A program made the position numbers and the translations under genes. Below are positions 27,301 through 41,386 of a stretch of 64,000 nucleotides of DNA, in pieces (within the stretch, counting starts at the first letter, position 1; every line of letters begins with the position of its first letter). A model generated the notes under the pieces. That model was not told where the DNA came from. It saw only the letters and a program-made list of their open reading frames with translations, and did not search any database. The stretch comes from Bigelowiella natans CCMP2755. Lineage: Eukaryota > Protista > Cercozoa. The stretch lies in assembly GCA_000320545.1 (NCBI GenBank), contig ADNK01001130.1:92830-156829 (forward strand), read 5' to 3'.

Positions 27301-29374
27301 GATCTTTGATCTTGCTGTCATGCTGGTGATCGGCAGCGGTGAAAGATGAGGAAGGGGAGGAGGACGAACGAAGAATCTTGAGCACATCCGCCATTATGCC
27401 AATATCACTTGGAATGAGGTACTGACTAGCAGCGGCAGAAACTGCATCGGCTGAGGCTGCAGAGTTGGTGCTAAGATAGTTGCTGCTAATACTGCCTCCA
27501 CTCAACGCTGCACTCGCATTTGCACCCCCCAAAATAGAGGTAGGCAGGGCAGCTGATGGGGTCAATATTTGAAATATTGCGGCCAGAAGACGTTTTTGGA
27601 TATCGCTGAGCAGACGCTGATCCTTGACGTGATCAACAAGAGCTGTTAGCGCACGCACAAGCTCAGCCCCATGAGGTGCCGTGAGGCCATCGCTCTTTAT
27701 CATCTTGTCAACCAAGTCTGTGGCATGGGGCCCTAGCAGCGGACCAACAGCTTTCGCTAGTAAAGCGATGCACCGTAACGCCTCAGTAGCCACGGTGCTG
27801 TGGGATATAGCAGGACTGCTGCGACCTGTGTTGTTATGATAATAATAGAGGGGGAGGGTACAATATCATGAGAGGAGCAAGAGGAGGAGGGAGGGGGGGG
27901 GCTATAAATCTCTCCTGTTTAGGATTTCGAGATGACAGATGACAATATCATCAATCTCACACTATTTTCTATAAGGTGTACTACTACCTTTCCTGGTACG
28001 CGTGAGTCCTTCGTCCAAAACGGTAATGATAGGTGGCACCATCGGCATGATGTTATGCTTTACTGCGAGGGCTACACCCCCAAGCGATGAATACGTGACT
28101 TGGGGAGATACTGTTTGTAACTTGTGTTCTTGTATTATATGCCTTACGCACGACTCGAGGTATCTGTTATCATGGCGATGGTGGTGGTGGTGATGATGAT
28201 GATGACGATGGTGAAAATATGTGTCTTTGAAGAAGAAGAAGAAAAAGGAAAAAAAAAAAAGAAGAAAGGAGGATTCCAACGACTGTTGCGACGATACTAC
28301 TTAATGTATTAGTAGACGCAGCGAGACGTGGCATGCGTGTCTTGTCCTCTATAATACAATCTACCATAATCATCATCAATGTACTTCACTACTACCGTTT
28401 GGAGAACAGTATAGGGTTGAAATGAGCAAGCTTCGGCATCAGAGTAATGATGGTCTCCTTGAGGAGAGGCAGCCGTGCGTCCTTGTGTGCGAAGAACAGT
28501 TGGCAGATCTCACCATAGACTTTGATGATATAGGTAGGTTGCTGCTTCTTGTCCTGTGACAGCAGCTCTCCGATTACGAGTATGGCCCCATGAATCACAT
28601 GATATTGGCCGCTGCTGAGTAACAGTATCATCCCAAACGAATCATACATACAACCACAGCAGACAATAGAAAGTAGCAGTGCGACAAGGGCGGATAAAGT
28701 AGTGGTAGCAACTTGTGGAGAAATACTCTCTCTCTACTCTCATACACGTCTATATTATTGTATGCATGCGCGGCAGTCCGACCTGCTTTTGGATTGTTGT
28801 TGCTGTACTATCTTTTGCTTAGCCGTGCTAAAAAGTTTATGGTACGCTTGAACAGCCCTTTTCCCTCCTATGAGGACTAAAACTTGTCTAAGTGCAAGCT
28901 TGGACGTCTCCCGTATCTCAGCCTACAACAACAGCAACAACAACAATGGCGGAGAGGTTAAGACAACTCTGAAGACAGCTCTGAATACTCGAACGAAATG
29001 AAGACGAGCAAGAGGGATGGGAAGAAATCACCTTGTAGTCTGTAATGCCCACCCATACACTTTCGAGAAATTGAGGGACATATTCATTGAAGAGTGTCGG
29101 TGCAGCTTTCGCAAGCTCACGGATTATCTAATATAGTTTTTCATCATCATCCATGAAAAAAAGGTAATTACGACTTAAATTATCCACAGATATTGATGAA
29201 TGTAATCATCCTTAACTCTACTCGATCTCTCTCTCTCTCTCCCCCCCCCCCCCCCCTCTCGCACTCTTTCTTGTCATCTTTGAAGCTGCTACCAGCATAG
29301 CCATGTAGACATTGTACTCGTTTCTGCTAGAACTACTATTGCCGCTCGCAAGCCACTTAAATGCCTGTTTCACC

Positions 29375-29416
<42 letters not shown>

Positions 29417-29573
29417 AAGAGGTAGAGAACAGGAAAGGAGGGAAGCAAGTTCCAGCCATGAATCACCCAATCTCTTCTTCAACTACCCAATATTGCTCTT
29501 GCCCCATTTGCACATGCACACGAATCAATATACTAAAAAACGTCTGGGGACTCCCTACCACCACTACCATTAT

Positions 29574-29604
<31 letters not shown>

Positions 29605-30373
29605 GCTGCTGCTACTGCTATCTTGTTGCTGCTGTGTGAAATGACAAAACCGATGATATCAACACACCTCTCGCTCGAAAATATCAGCTGAGGTTGGGTT
29701 TGCCTGCACTAATTTGCCCAGAGTTTCCGCAGCGATCTATCAATTGAATAGGAATTAGCATCAAAAGCCAGAAAGAAGCGTAATCGAGGAAAATCTTGGC
29801 AACTCGCTCTTATTTTCTGAGGAAGACACATATGCCATAACAATGCATCTCTCAACACCTCATTGATATTGTCCGAGACTGAGACTCTGATGTTCGTGCC
29901 GTTGTCGATGATCTTTTGAAGATATCGTCCTGATTTTCCACCAACACCATCGTCACAAAAGGTGCGGTCAATTTAAATTAACTCCTTTAATTCATTTGAT
30001 ATGAAAAAAATCAGCAAACCTAGTTTCTGTAAGTGCAAATCGTGCTCTGCATAAACAACGTCGACCAAGTTACGGATGAGCAGAATGCCGCCCATCCGTT
30101 CATTCCGATTGTAGCTCTCACAGAAATCGTGAATATTCTTGCATATCTCCTCCATGTATATATTGAATTCCTGTGTACGAACAAATTAAGTAAGCATAAT
30201 CTTCGAGCGAAGGTCTCAGCCGAAACCAATGTGACCTGGCTTGTCCGAATCCTTGCTTCCTTGATTGCATGAGCCTTGAGGTGCATTGCAGCCAAATGCT
30301 GCTGCTTCTGGTCATCGGATCGCAACTTTGTTAGACACTTTTCCAACTCCCAGAACTCTTTCGGAGCGCTCAT
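16047..30373 (-). CDS. TOR: Target of rapamycin (TOR) PIKK kinase: HEAT repeats, FAT, FRB, kinase and FATC domains
   Basis: N-terminal HEAT exons ([14 protein letters not shown]; [16 protein letters not shown]). FAT domain (ALHYKEIEF; [11 protein letters not shown]). FRB ([23 protein letters not shown]). Kinase (SKQRPRKL; [29 protein letters not shown]; HIDFGDCFE; [10 protein letters not shown]). FATC end [14 protein letters not shown] at 16047. Confidence 0.97.
16780..29620. repeat. Dense simple-sequence repeats ((TA)n, (CA)n, (GA)n, (GAT)n, (CTA)n, (CAA)n) in TOR introns
   Basis: Visible tracts, e.g. 17028-17058 (TA)n, 18320-18352 (GA)n, 20981-21014 (GAT)n and 29570-29605 (CTA)n. Confidence 0.95.
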
Positions 30374-30558
30374 TATTAATTACAGAGAACTCCCTTTTTC
30401 ACACTGAACGTCAACTGAATCTAAAATTATCGTGGGTGGCAAGCAGCTGGCCACCCTCTGGTTTGTTACTCGCCACGTCTGATGAAAATGTGTATTTGTT
30501 ATTTAATCTCCAATGGAAAAAGTGCCTGAATATCTTTGATTTCCCACTCTCTCTTCCT

Positions 30559-30600
<42 letters not shown>

Positions 30601-31265
30601 TTCTGCTTCTCATCCCCACCCTCTTCTGCTTGGGGCTAATATGCCATTCAAATATCAACAACCCGTCGCAGTATTTCTTTTCTTCGTCTCTCTAAATTTT
30701 GTCCTCGCACGCACCTGTAGTTAGTTGATGTGCGGATCTCCAGTAACAACCACCCTTGTGACCTAGATACAGGAGGTGGTTCCTCCTCCCCCCTGGATCT
30801 CCTTTCCGTGGTGTGTATCTAGTGGGTAGTGCACAATGTGTATCTCCGTGTCCTCCCTCCCTCTCTTTCTCCCTCACAGATCAATTCTGATTGTGTGATG
30901 TCGTCGGTCGAAAGCAGGAGGAGCAGCGATCTCACGAATGATAAATAATATCTAGCGCGATTCAGACAGAATAATATCGAAATAACATCCAACAACCGTC
31001 CTCGCAACAAACACAACAACAACAGCAACAATGTTGAGGCACAACAACATCGCAACAACTACCAACAAGCTGGCAACACAACCTGACACAACATCCGATT
31101 TGCAGTGAACGACAGCGCTGATTCCGGATTGCAGGAGTCGGTGAAACAGCAATACGACATGAAATTTAAGTTGTCGCATGTGGAAATCATGTGGTGAATG
31201 GTGTTCGTTTGTTGTTCCTTGAAACTTCAAGGAACAACAGCTGTGAATGAAAGCAATAACCCAAC

Positions 31266-33485
31266 ATGACCTCGCACGCGAATAAGCGAAGGCAAGCAAA
31301 GGATAAAGCCGGTGGTCAGAGGCGTCCAACCAAGCTCCATATCTCCAATATTGTGGGTACCAATACCGTTGACCCGGAGAAGAAGGACCGAAAGGAGATA
31401 GAGGACAACGTATGTCATGAATATTCCAGAATTCTGTCAGAGAAGCTCATACCTTTCCACCCCCTTTACCTTACACCTTCTCTTGCTATTTTTACTGCTT
31501 ATCAGAATACATCTCAAGTATCTGGTGGTGCTTTGGCAAGTTGGCCGTCAGATTCACGATGCACCTACAATGGAGACGTCCTCCATTTTCAACTAGGGCT
31601 GTCCCTCAGTGGTGGCAGCTTGTTTGAAGCAACGTCCTTCTCGCTGGTTCGTGGAAAAGTCACAGGGCTTGTTGGTACAAACGGTGCTGGGAAAACATCC
31701 CTCGCTAGGTGAAATGTTGCTTTAGCTTCGATCCGATACACAGGTTGTGAAATTGTTGACTACTATCCAGAGTGATTGTCTCGAAGCAGCTCCCTGGGTT
31801 TCCCTCTGACCTCACGATTATATATCTCTCTTCCCACGAAAACCATATATTTTCAGACGAAGTAAGTGAGTATTGTATATGTAAGGATGATTAAAACTTC
31901 CCTGAGTTTGAGTAACATTCGGAGCATGCAGCTCGAATAAATTACCTTCGGATCAATTGAATATTGGTTAAAAAAGTGCGAATCAATTGAATATTGGTTA
32001 AAAGGGAACTCGTTCATCTCTTTAGGAAGAAGGCAAATTGATACCAGAATCGTATATCCTCAAGATAGTAGAGAAAAAGCTCGAAAGACTTCAAAATGAA
32101 ATCGAAACACTAGAAAATTCTCCCGATGAAGACCCAGAGATCGTTGAGGAGAATGCAGTTCGCTTGTCCGAACTCTGTGACAAATATGATGAGCTACAAG
32201 CTTCATCGAAACATCAGATCAAGCAAACACTAGAGGAGCTTGGATTTGGACCTTATTTACATAGATCGGTGAGGAATCTTTCCTCTGGATGGAAGTACAA
32301 ATGTGCTCTTGCTGGGGCCTTTATTGCAAAACCAGATATTTTGGTAATTGATGAGCCCTCCTTCCTCGATGCTGCTTCTACAAAATGGCTCATAGCCAAA
32401 TTACAAGAAGCTGAAAAATGAATACGATAATTCTATTTATTTCACACAAAGTCGCCTTGCTTGAAGCTGTCTGTAGCAGGATTCTATACATAAACTCCGG
32501 AAATTTTACCTTGTCATCGTATAACTGCGGCTACAGCAAATTTCGTAACGTTTACATGGCCGAGGTTTCTCATGCTGAGCGTGCTTGCAAAGAGTATGAG
32601 CGACAGGTATCTACCTCTAAGAAATCACTGAAGAGTATCCAAAATCAGCTGCATCGCCGTGAGCGCAATCTTAAAAAAATAACTACAAAGAATGCTGACC
32701 AACGATTTGTTAAGGGGAAGAGCAAGGAAGCCAAACAGAAATCAGATAGATCAGCCGCCTCGAAGCTCAAAAAGCTACAGTTACAAAGCTCACAGATGGA
32801 AAAGATCCAACAAAAGACCACGCGAGAACAAGTGAAGGCATTACATATCAACGGGGTCGAGGTGAAAGGAGCACTCGTTACTTTTAAAGACGTTAGCTTT
32901 ACCTACGAAAATGGTCAGCAGAATATATTTACGGGGCTAGATGCTAAATTGGAAGGTAATGATCGGATTCTCCTTTGTGGACCGAATGGCCGCGGTAAAA
33001 GCACGTTCTTAAAGCTGATGCTCGGGGAACTGGAGGCAACTGAAGGCACTATAATACGTGAAGTTTCCGCTCTTTACTTTCCTCAGACATCCTTAAGCGA
33101 TCTAGTGATCTTCCACGGCGATAAGTCAGCAGTTCGCTACTTAGGTAACGATCTAACAGAATCTAAGGCTCGAAAACATTTAGGGGATTTTGATCTCAAA
33201 GGGAATGCCGCACTTCGACCCATCGTCTCTTTGTCTGCAGGCCAACGGGTACGATTATGGCTAGCGAAACAACTTCTCGAATTACCAAATCCATCTCTCC
33301 TAGTCATGGACGAGATTTCAGAGAATCTTGACGTAGAAACAAGAGCATCACTTTCAGATATCCTCAATAGTTTTGTTGGTGCCGTAGTTTTAGCATCCCA
33401 CGATGAAGATTTTTGTTCATCCTTCCATCCTACTCAAATTTGGCATCTAACTCCTTCGGTCATTCGAATAAAACATGTTTCTTAA
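31266..33485 (+). CDS. ABC-F family ATPase (two NBDs, no TM domain), interrupted by an apparent -1 frameshift at 32414-32421
   Basis: Walker A GTNGAGKTS, signature LSSGW and Walker B LVIDEP in NBD1. A long helical linker follows. NBD2 has GPNGRGKST, LSAGQ and LVMDE...LASHDE. Frame 1 stops at GAA AAA TGA (32421); the H-switch (LFISH) continues in the -1 frame from 32418. Confidence 0.8.
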
Positions 33486-33559
33486 TAACATAGCGTGTCT
33501 CGTTATTTGCGAACTTTGCTGCAACTACTGATCTCCAGCAAGTTGCGTTGTGATGTAAT

Positions 33560-33870
33560 TACATATACAACGGCATCGATGCAATAAAAGTACGTAGATG
33601 TGGATGTGCACATGCGATATTTACGACATTTACGACATTTGCATTGCTGACTGCGTGAATAAGAGCTATATGCGATACATGCATGAATCAATGAATGTGT
33701 TGTGTTCAGAGCAGACTAGCAGAGCTGATCGTCTGAAGACAACATATCGACAACGCACACATTACACACGCCAGCGTGTACATTGCTCGCGCTCGATCTA
33801 GCAGCGTGCGCTCATGATAAGCAACGCACGTGTACATGCAATGTGCTACATGTTGGCTTGATGACGGAGA
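33560..33870. repeat. Palindrome-rich block in the ABC-F/SOS1-like convergent gap
   Basis: TGCACATGCG, ACATGCATG, GACTAGCAGAGCT, GATCTAGC and GTACATGCAATGTGCTACATG; weaker in CTAG than the other blocks. Confidence 0.55.
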
Positions 33871-34185
33871 TAACCACATACACACAAAAAGTGAATTTAG
33901 TGATCAATGGAATCGAGAACTACATGAATAAGTGAAGTGAAATGCAATTGAAAATACACGTGAAAGTTCAAGCATGCTCGTCATAGACTAACTCTAATAT
34001 AGCGTGATAGGATGAAAAATGTTTACGCTCATACACGTATCTCACTAATAGATGTTAAATCAATTACTGTGGACTGTGGTTGAGTAATCATATAGTCACC
34101 AACTCTGTGTGAAGTGTCTCTTAGTAATATAGTAAAGAAAAGAACTCCCACCTGAGCTATATCCCCGCTTGTGTAAAAAGATATT

Positions 34186-36620
34186 TCAAATTTGTTTAGT
34201 TTTTTTATCATTACTTGCAGTTTCTCCTGCTATATGGTTGATAGCTATTCTTGGCTCTCTTCTTTTCTGGGGCCTTTCCGCAGATGTCGGGGATTTATTA
34301 CTAGTGTCACTTCTGCTTGTCTCAGCTTCCTTTTCATCAGCTGCTCCAAGGGACTCCCCGTGCTTGAAATCGGTTAAATCGTTTTTTAGATTTCGCATTA
34401 CATTTCTTTCTCCTCTTGTGCCCACTGTTGACGACCGTGCAGGGCGAGGACGATACGAGGCCGTTAATCTCGCCGTAGTGTCGTTGTTATGATCCGCATC
34501 ATCACGTGGGTTCGAATGAGATCGAGCCCTTGTCATTCTCCCTGCTGTGCATGTTCATCATAGAATTATTATACAGATAATACTGTTAATACGTGATCGA
34601 ACCGAATGAAAATAAGTGATGACGGCAATAACGACACCATTGAAAAAAGGTGTGTTTATGTGTTTATGTGTTTGTGTGTGTGTGTGTGTGTGTGCGTGTG
34701 TGTTTTATGCAATACACTATTTTAACCTTTGGTTTCGATTTTCTTAAACTGGGAAGTCTGAAGGAAAAAGAATGTTATAAACCAGCTGTATAAGAAAGAA
34801 ATTATGACTGGAGACATCTATATTTCCCGCATAAAAGGAAAAATGGAACAGTATCATAAACGGCAGTCTTTGTGATACCCTTTTCCATGATAATAGACTA
34901 GAGTTGAAGGATGACCGAATATCAGCTAGCCCTGATATGGTTATGGCGATTATGTTGAAAGAGGGAGAGGCGAATATGAGGAAAAGCCATAGGATAACAA
35001 TAATAATAATTATAATAATAATAATGATAAATATAACGATAACGATAATGATGATGATGATGATGATGATGATGATAGACTGTAATTTGTTGCATCACTG
35101 TGTCTGCTCACAATGTGAAATCGACTGATTTATAAACTATGGATTGTGTTCATAGAAGAATGAACACACAATAACTGAAAGCTACTGCCATCATCATCAT
35201 CATCATCATCATCATCAGGAGTAGCACCAGCGTTATTGTCGTTGTTTATCTATTCAGTCCATTACTAAACTTATTTCTTCCATCATCATCATCATCATCA
35301 TCATCATCGTCGTCGTCGTCGTCCTCACCACATGGCAGTGCCCAAATCAAAACACACACACACACACACACACACCTTTATTATTATCCGGAGTCGTTGT
35401 AATCCTCGACAACGTAGGTCGTTGTTGGGGTATTAGATGCGGTGCGAGGGCATGCTAATAATTCGTGGTGTGCGTAGCAAGAGAAGAAGAAGAAGAAGAA
35501 GATGATGATGATTAAGAAGAGACAAAATGGAGAAATAAATTAAAAAAATGATAAGGAGGTGCAACAAATGCTAACTGCATAACGGTTCCAGGACGATGAG
35601 ATTTGGATTGTGAGACAAGTCAATAGTAGTTGTAAAAAAGTATAGCCGTTTATTTTTGTTTGTGCGGAGGTAAATCCAAACCAAACATAACGCCGTTAAT
35701 CATGTAGCATATTTATACAGATAACAGCGATTGGTTTACTACTATTCCGAGATGTCCTTGAATGGTGGTGATGGTGGTGATGCTGATGATTCTGTATAGT
35801 GTACCACCTCTTTCGACTCTCTATAAATAGCTGGTGCGACGTGCTTGAATACCATGTAAACAGCGCCCTGTAAAAGACAAGAAAAGAAGGCAGCCAGACA
35901 AACAGACAGTCAGACAACAATGGAGAACGAGGGCTAGATCACTTAGTAGCGTTCTAAAGAACGATGGCAGCCATCATGATGATAATGATGATGATGATGA
36001 TGATGGCAACACAGTAGCAGCAGAACACCAACCAACATGACGATGACGATGATGACGACTTCATTATCTATTACATCCGAGACAGAGTATAGAGCTTTTG
36101 TTTCCTTTTCACCAAGAGTAAGGAGGTCTGGTGCGTGGAAGATATCGTCGCCATCCTGCTTCATTATTTCCTCCATTTCTATTGCGTGCTTGAAACCAAC
36201 AGGAATCTGCGCCGATTGAGCCTCAGGCGATTTCTTGAATAACCCCAATTTAGACTCCGTGATCTTCAATTTCTTTCTGCCCGCTGATGACGATCTTTGA
36301 TGACTCTCGTCACCTTTTGATGTCCCCCTACTCTGTCGCTGCTGCTGCTGCTGGATCTCAGTGATTCCGCCTAACGCTAGCGCCTTCTTCTTGTTGCTGC
36401 CTTCGTTTCTAATCGGGTGATGATGTTGTTGTGATGGCCGCTGCTGTTTTTGGGCAGTGAAGGAAGAATACGTTGCGGACAATCTTTCAGATGCCTTAGA
36501 ATCTATCCGTGGAAGTCTTGCATCCCCCCCCATTTTATCGATGTCTTCTTTCATAGCTGAGCCCTTGAGGAGAAGTGTCAGATTCTTCACGCCAATCGTC
36601 GATGCCAACTACATTATATA

Positions 36621-36656
<36 letters not shown>

Positions 36657-36962
36657 GTGTGCGATGATGATCATAATGATAATGATGATGATGCACCATC
36701 AACTGCTCTAGCTGAAACTGGGAATTACGAAGAATACGTTGTGTTCAGTTTATATTTCCTCTCTTTTAAACTTTCTTCTTCTTCTTCTTCTTCTTCTTCT
36801 TCTTCATCTTCTTCATCATCATCATAGTCATCACCACCACCACTACATTGAGGCAAACAACAAACCAACCTTGGCTCTTTTGAGCACAGCACCTGTAACG
36901 ATGGCGTGGGTCTTGCGCCAAGACTCTTTGAATACGTCTGGGTGCCTTCACACACACAAACA

Positions 36963-37000
<38 letters not shown>

Positions 37001-37199
37001 AGTACTACCAACTTTGGCTGAGGTTGATTCTGCGACAAATACACAGACGATGGTGTAATCAAACGATGATAGACATCACAGAATAAGAAGACTAAAGCGT
37101 GTGGTGGTGGTGGTGGTGGTGGTGGTGGCACTCCTATATATGTAATGTAAACTTTGTAATAATAATGCGAAAATGATCAGATGATGGTGATGATAAGAA

Positions 37200-37236
<37 letters not shown>

Positions 37237-37405
37237 ATATTATATATATATATATATATATATTGGTAGGGTAGTGACTACTTTAAAACTAATGCATCTG
37301 TAGCGGCATAGTTCCATAGAATCTTCCTCACAGCTGGGATTTGCATTAGGTGTGTCAATAACCCTAACAATAAACAATCATCATGATCTTGAGACTCAGC
37401 TCACT

Positions 37406-37446
<41 letters not shown>

Positions 37447-37732
37447 GGGCATGCCATCGTCATCGTTATCATCATCATTGAAGAAAAGGCGAGTAGTCTA
37501 TGATACTGCAATGGCGTGTTCGGGCTGCTAAATAATGCATATATGCGCGATGATGTTTAGCAGTGATAGTTAGCCTCCTCCTCCTCCTCCGGGTGATGAT
37601 CTCACATATACATATCATCTTTGTATTATCATTCTTCCCTTTCATTGTTACCATTATTAATATTATTATTACCTTTGTCAATCTCGAGTAACACAGCAGG
37701 ATCAGACTCTGATTTAGCTTCATCTAGGTATC

Positions 37733-37770
<38 letters not shown>

Positions 37771-37802
37771 ATGAATACGATGACCCTAGTGCCAGTTCAA
37801 AT

Positions 37803-37836
<34 letters not shown>

Positions 37837-37958
37837 CTACTTCTGCTGCTGCTATGACATGCTTAGCAAGAGCAGCAGGAGCAGGCAAGTAACATTGTAG
37901 ACGCATCATCACCAGTAACAACATCCAAATCACCTACTACATAAACTCCTCTCCCTCT

Positions 37959-38006
<48 letters not shown>

Positions 38007-41000
38007 GTTACTACATCAAAAGAGCCTAAAGTAGCTGCGCTCATCATACCATCATCATCATCATCATCCAAGCCACACACACGCACACACAAACAGACAC
38101 GCACACGCACACGCACACTTGCATTTCACACACTTTTGCACTTCACACAACTTCTTACTTTGGTTGGTGATTGAGTGTTGACCACGTGCCGTACATGTCA
38201 CCAATGCCAATTGTATGGAGAAGCTTTCCTCCATTCTCTTTGGTATCATATACCTTCAGAATACCTTGCATCACGTAGTAAAGCCTGCAATGGATGTGTT
38301 TGTGTGTTACTGTTTGTCCTTTTGATAAAGCAATCCTCCTGCATGATTGCAATTTCCTCTGTAATTCTTTAGGAGTCATATCCCAGAACTCAATTTGAGT
38401 GATGATGTCCGAGGAGGTTATGTGGTCCTTCGCTGGCTCAATGTTATTGTACATAATCCAGTGTGACTGCCTCCCAAGTGCCTCGTGAAGCTTTTTCTTT
38501 TCATTCTCGTCGATTAGCCCTTTATGCTGTAGGTTGTCAATTGCTCGCCTTTCAGTCTCTAGCAAACGGCGGATCGCAAAGAGAGTTTGCAGGGAATAGT
38601 ACAGGTTTGGAAAGTCCATCTCGACGGAATCCCATCTAGCAAAAGCTTTCTCCTTAAGCTGTTTCGCATGCTCCTTCAGCTCATCATACACGATGTTATT
38701 GGCGAGTTCATGGAACAACTCGGTCTTATCAATCACCTGCAGCGCGTGTATAAAGGATACGGCAAGATCGACTGCCAGGACGTAATGTGCTTGATATATA
38801 CGATCAGCCAACCAAGGCCAGCACCTCGTAAACCATACGAGACTTGTCACACAAAAGTACCCGTCAATCGTGTTCCATAGAACGTCTAAATTGTCTTCAT
38901 CGAGAGCAGTTTCAACGGCTTCAGTTAGTATGGGAATGGCTTCTCGAGATACTTGACCTTCCTCGTATGCTGAGAGAAAGCTAGCCTGCATTGCAGTGAG
39001 GAGGCGATGTATCAATTCCTGTTTTAAGTCCTCAGGATCGAGTTGTGAAGAGGTGTCTCGATCCAGGCTCAGAACCTTCTCATCAGTATGAGATGGTTGG
39101 TGTTTATGATCATGATCTTGCCCAAATAGCCTCGTCCTACAGGCAACAACAACAACAACAACAACTAGGCTCAAGTGGTGCTAAGGTGACGTCGCCAACC
39201 GTCAATCAACACTAATAATAGTGAGTATTGATTAAGGGAGATGGTGATGCAGTCATAATAAGTAGTAATCATGATCATTAGTTGTTCTATCGACGATGGA
39301 TTATGATACAATATGATCATCAATATGCAACGAACTAGTAGGTATTGAATCATCCATACTTTCTTTTGTAGGAGCGCTGCTGTTGCTTTAGTACAACAGC
39401 AATCTCTGCATCACTGAGGTGAAAAGGTATTTCCTTGACTTTCGCAAGGGCAAGATCCCTAGTCTGGTGCTCGTACTGTGGCAGGTAGCGGCCAACCTGA
39501 TGAAGAAGATGATGATTCATGGTCATATATCCAACATCACCACATCGTCGTTAACAGAAACAAATGCACGTGTTCATAGAATAGTAGTATTAGACCAACC
39601 TCCCCCCAGTCGGCCATCTGAAACATCTTCTCTTTCCTCATCTGAAATGACTGTTTCTCTGATTGCTTCTTGATGCTTTCAATTGCTTTGTGATACGCCC
39701 TGAGCTTGGATCCCTTTATCTTCTTCAGCCCCACCCATTCTAGCACAATGCCAGTTGTAGACCCGTTGATGAGTAGGGTGAGCGTAACGATTCCCGCAGT
39801 ATGGAACAAGATCAAGTCACTGATTTCATCATCTATGCTGCGATTTAGATCGACAATAAGTGCCAGAGCCAAGCCAACAGCGCCTCTCAATCCTCCATAG
39901 CACAGTACAGTTCCTATCCGCCAATCGAACCCATATCCCAGCCTTGCCATAATCGGCGAGAGCAAGAATATAGTTGTCCCACGAATAACATGGATCAGCA
40001 CGTAAATCATGATAAGGTAACCAAAGTCTCTTCCGAGTTTGATATTCTCGTTATCTCCAAACATGCGCTGCACGACAACGATACCGGAAATGAAGAAGAT
40101 GAGAGTATTGGCAACGAAGCCTATCATTTCCCAGAAATGATGGACGGTCTCCTCTGATTCTACACTGATGAAAAACTTAAAGCGGTTCATTGCTAACCCT
40201 AATGCAACTATGGCTAAGACACCAGAGACATGTATTCCAGGCTGTGCGCTCTCTGCGAACCAAAAGCATATGTATGCCGAGCCAAAGGTTATGGTGGTTT
40301 CTATGGCCGGGTTGTCGAAAACCATCTGTAGCCACATCAATGCTGGAATTGCACAAGCTAATCCAAAGCAGAAACCGCCCAGTGCAAGGCGGACCAACTC
40401 CACCGCAATTTCCCCCGGCGACAACTCATTTCCTTCCAGGAATTCGATCCACACCAGGAAGAATACAAACGCCGTCCCTTATTATAATAATACGTGTAGA
40501 TTAGTGAAGGATGCAGGCGCCAAAACAAATGATGATGATATTGACGATGAGAATCATGATGTATTTGTTGCAGGATTACCGTCATTAAATAGAGATTCTC
40601 CCTCGATCAATGTTGCCAACCTCTTAGAAACCTTAAAATCCATTGGTAATTGTGGCGGTAAATAACTCACAATGCTGCTTAAAAAGTAAACATGTTGTCA
40701 CCAGTGTCGTTGGTTACAACAACCTCTCTGTAGTACCTCCACTACTTTTCTTTTGCTGTTATATTTTAGTGAGTTATAACAATCATTTGTTTACCCCGAG
40801 GTCCCTCAAGAGAGCCACAACTGCGACGGGATCTGTCGCACTCAAAATTGCCCCGAACAATAGCGCCGTTGTCCTTGCAAAACAACAAAAAGAAGAAAGG
40901 TTAGCAAAAATTACAATGTTCTTGTGATGTGATTCGTAGCCCAAGTTGTAGTAGTAGTTAGCAAATGAGTAAAGTTGGCCGTTGTATTTTGTTAGTAATT

Positions 41001-41350
41001 ACCAGTCCCAATTGTAATCAAAACAATATCTTGCGGCCAGACACGAAAGAATCATCGAAATTACAACCCCTGGACCTACACAAAGTTTAGTAATTATCAT
41101 CTTGGAAAGGACTCTGTGCTGCTGTTATCATCATCTAATATTACTAGATGAAATTGATGATGATGATGATGAGTTCGGACAACCTGCTAGGAGGAGTGCC
41201 TGTGCAAACTCTCGTTTGATGATATGATAAGACGACGAAAATGCTGATTCAAATATCAGCGCAGGAAGGAATAACTGGAGGAGCAGATGTGGGTCGATCG
41301 AAGCGTATCTGAAACGAAGAACAGGGGGTTAGATGGGGGCTTAAATGGAA

Positions 41351-41386
<36 letters not shown>

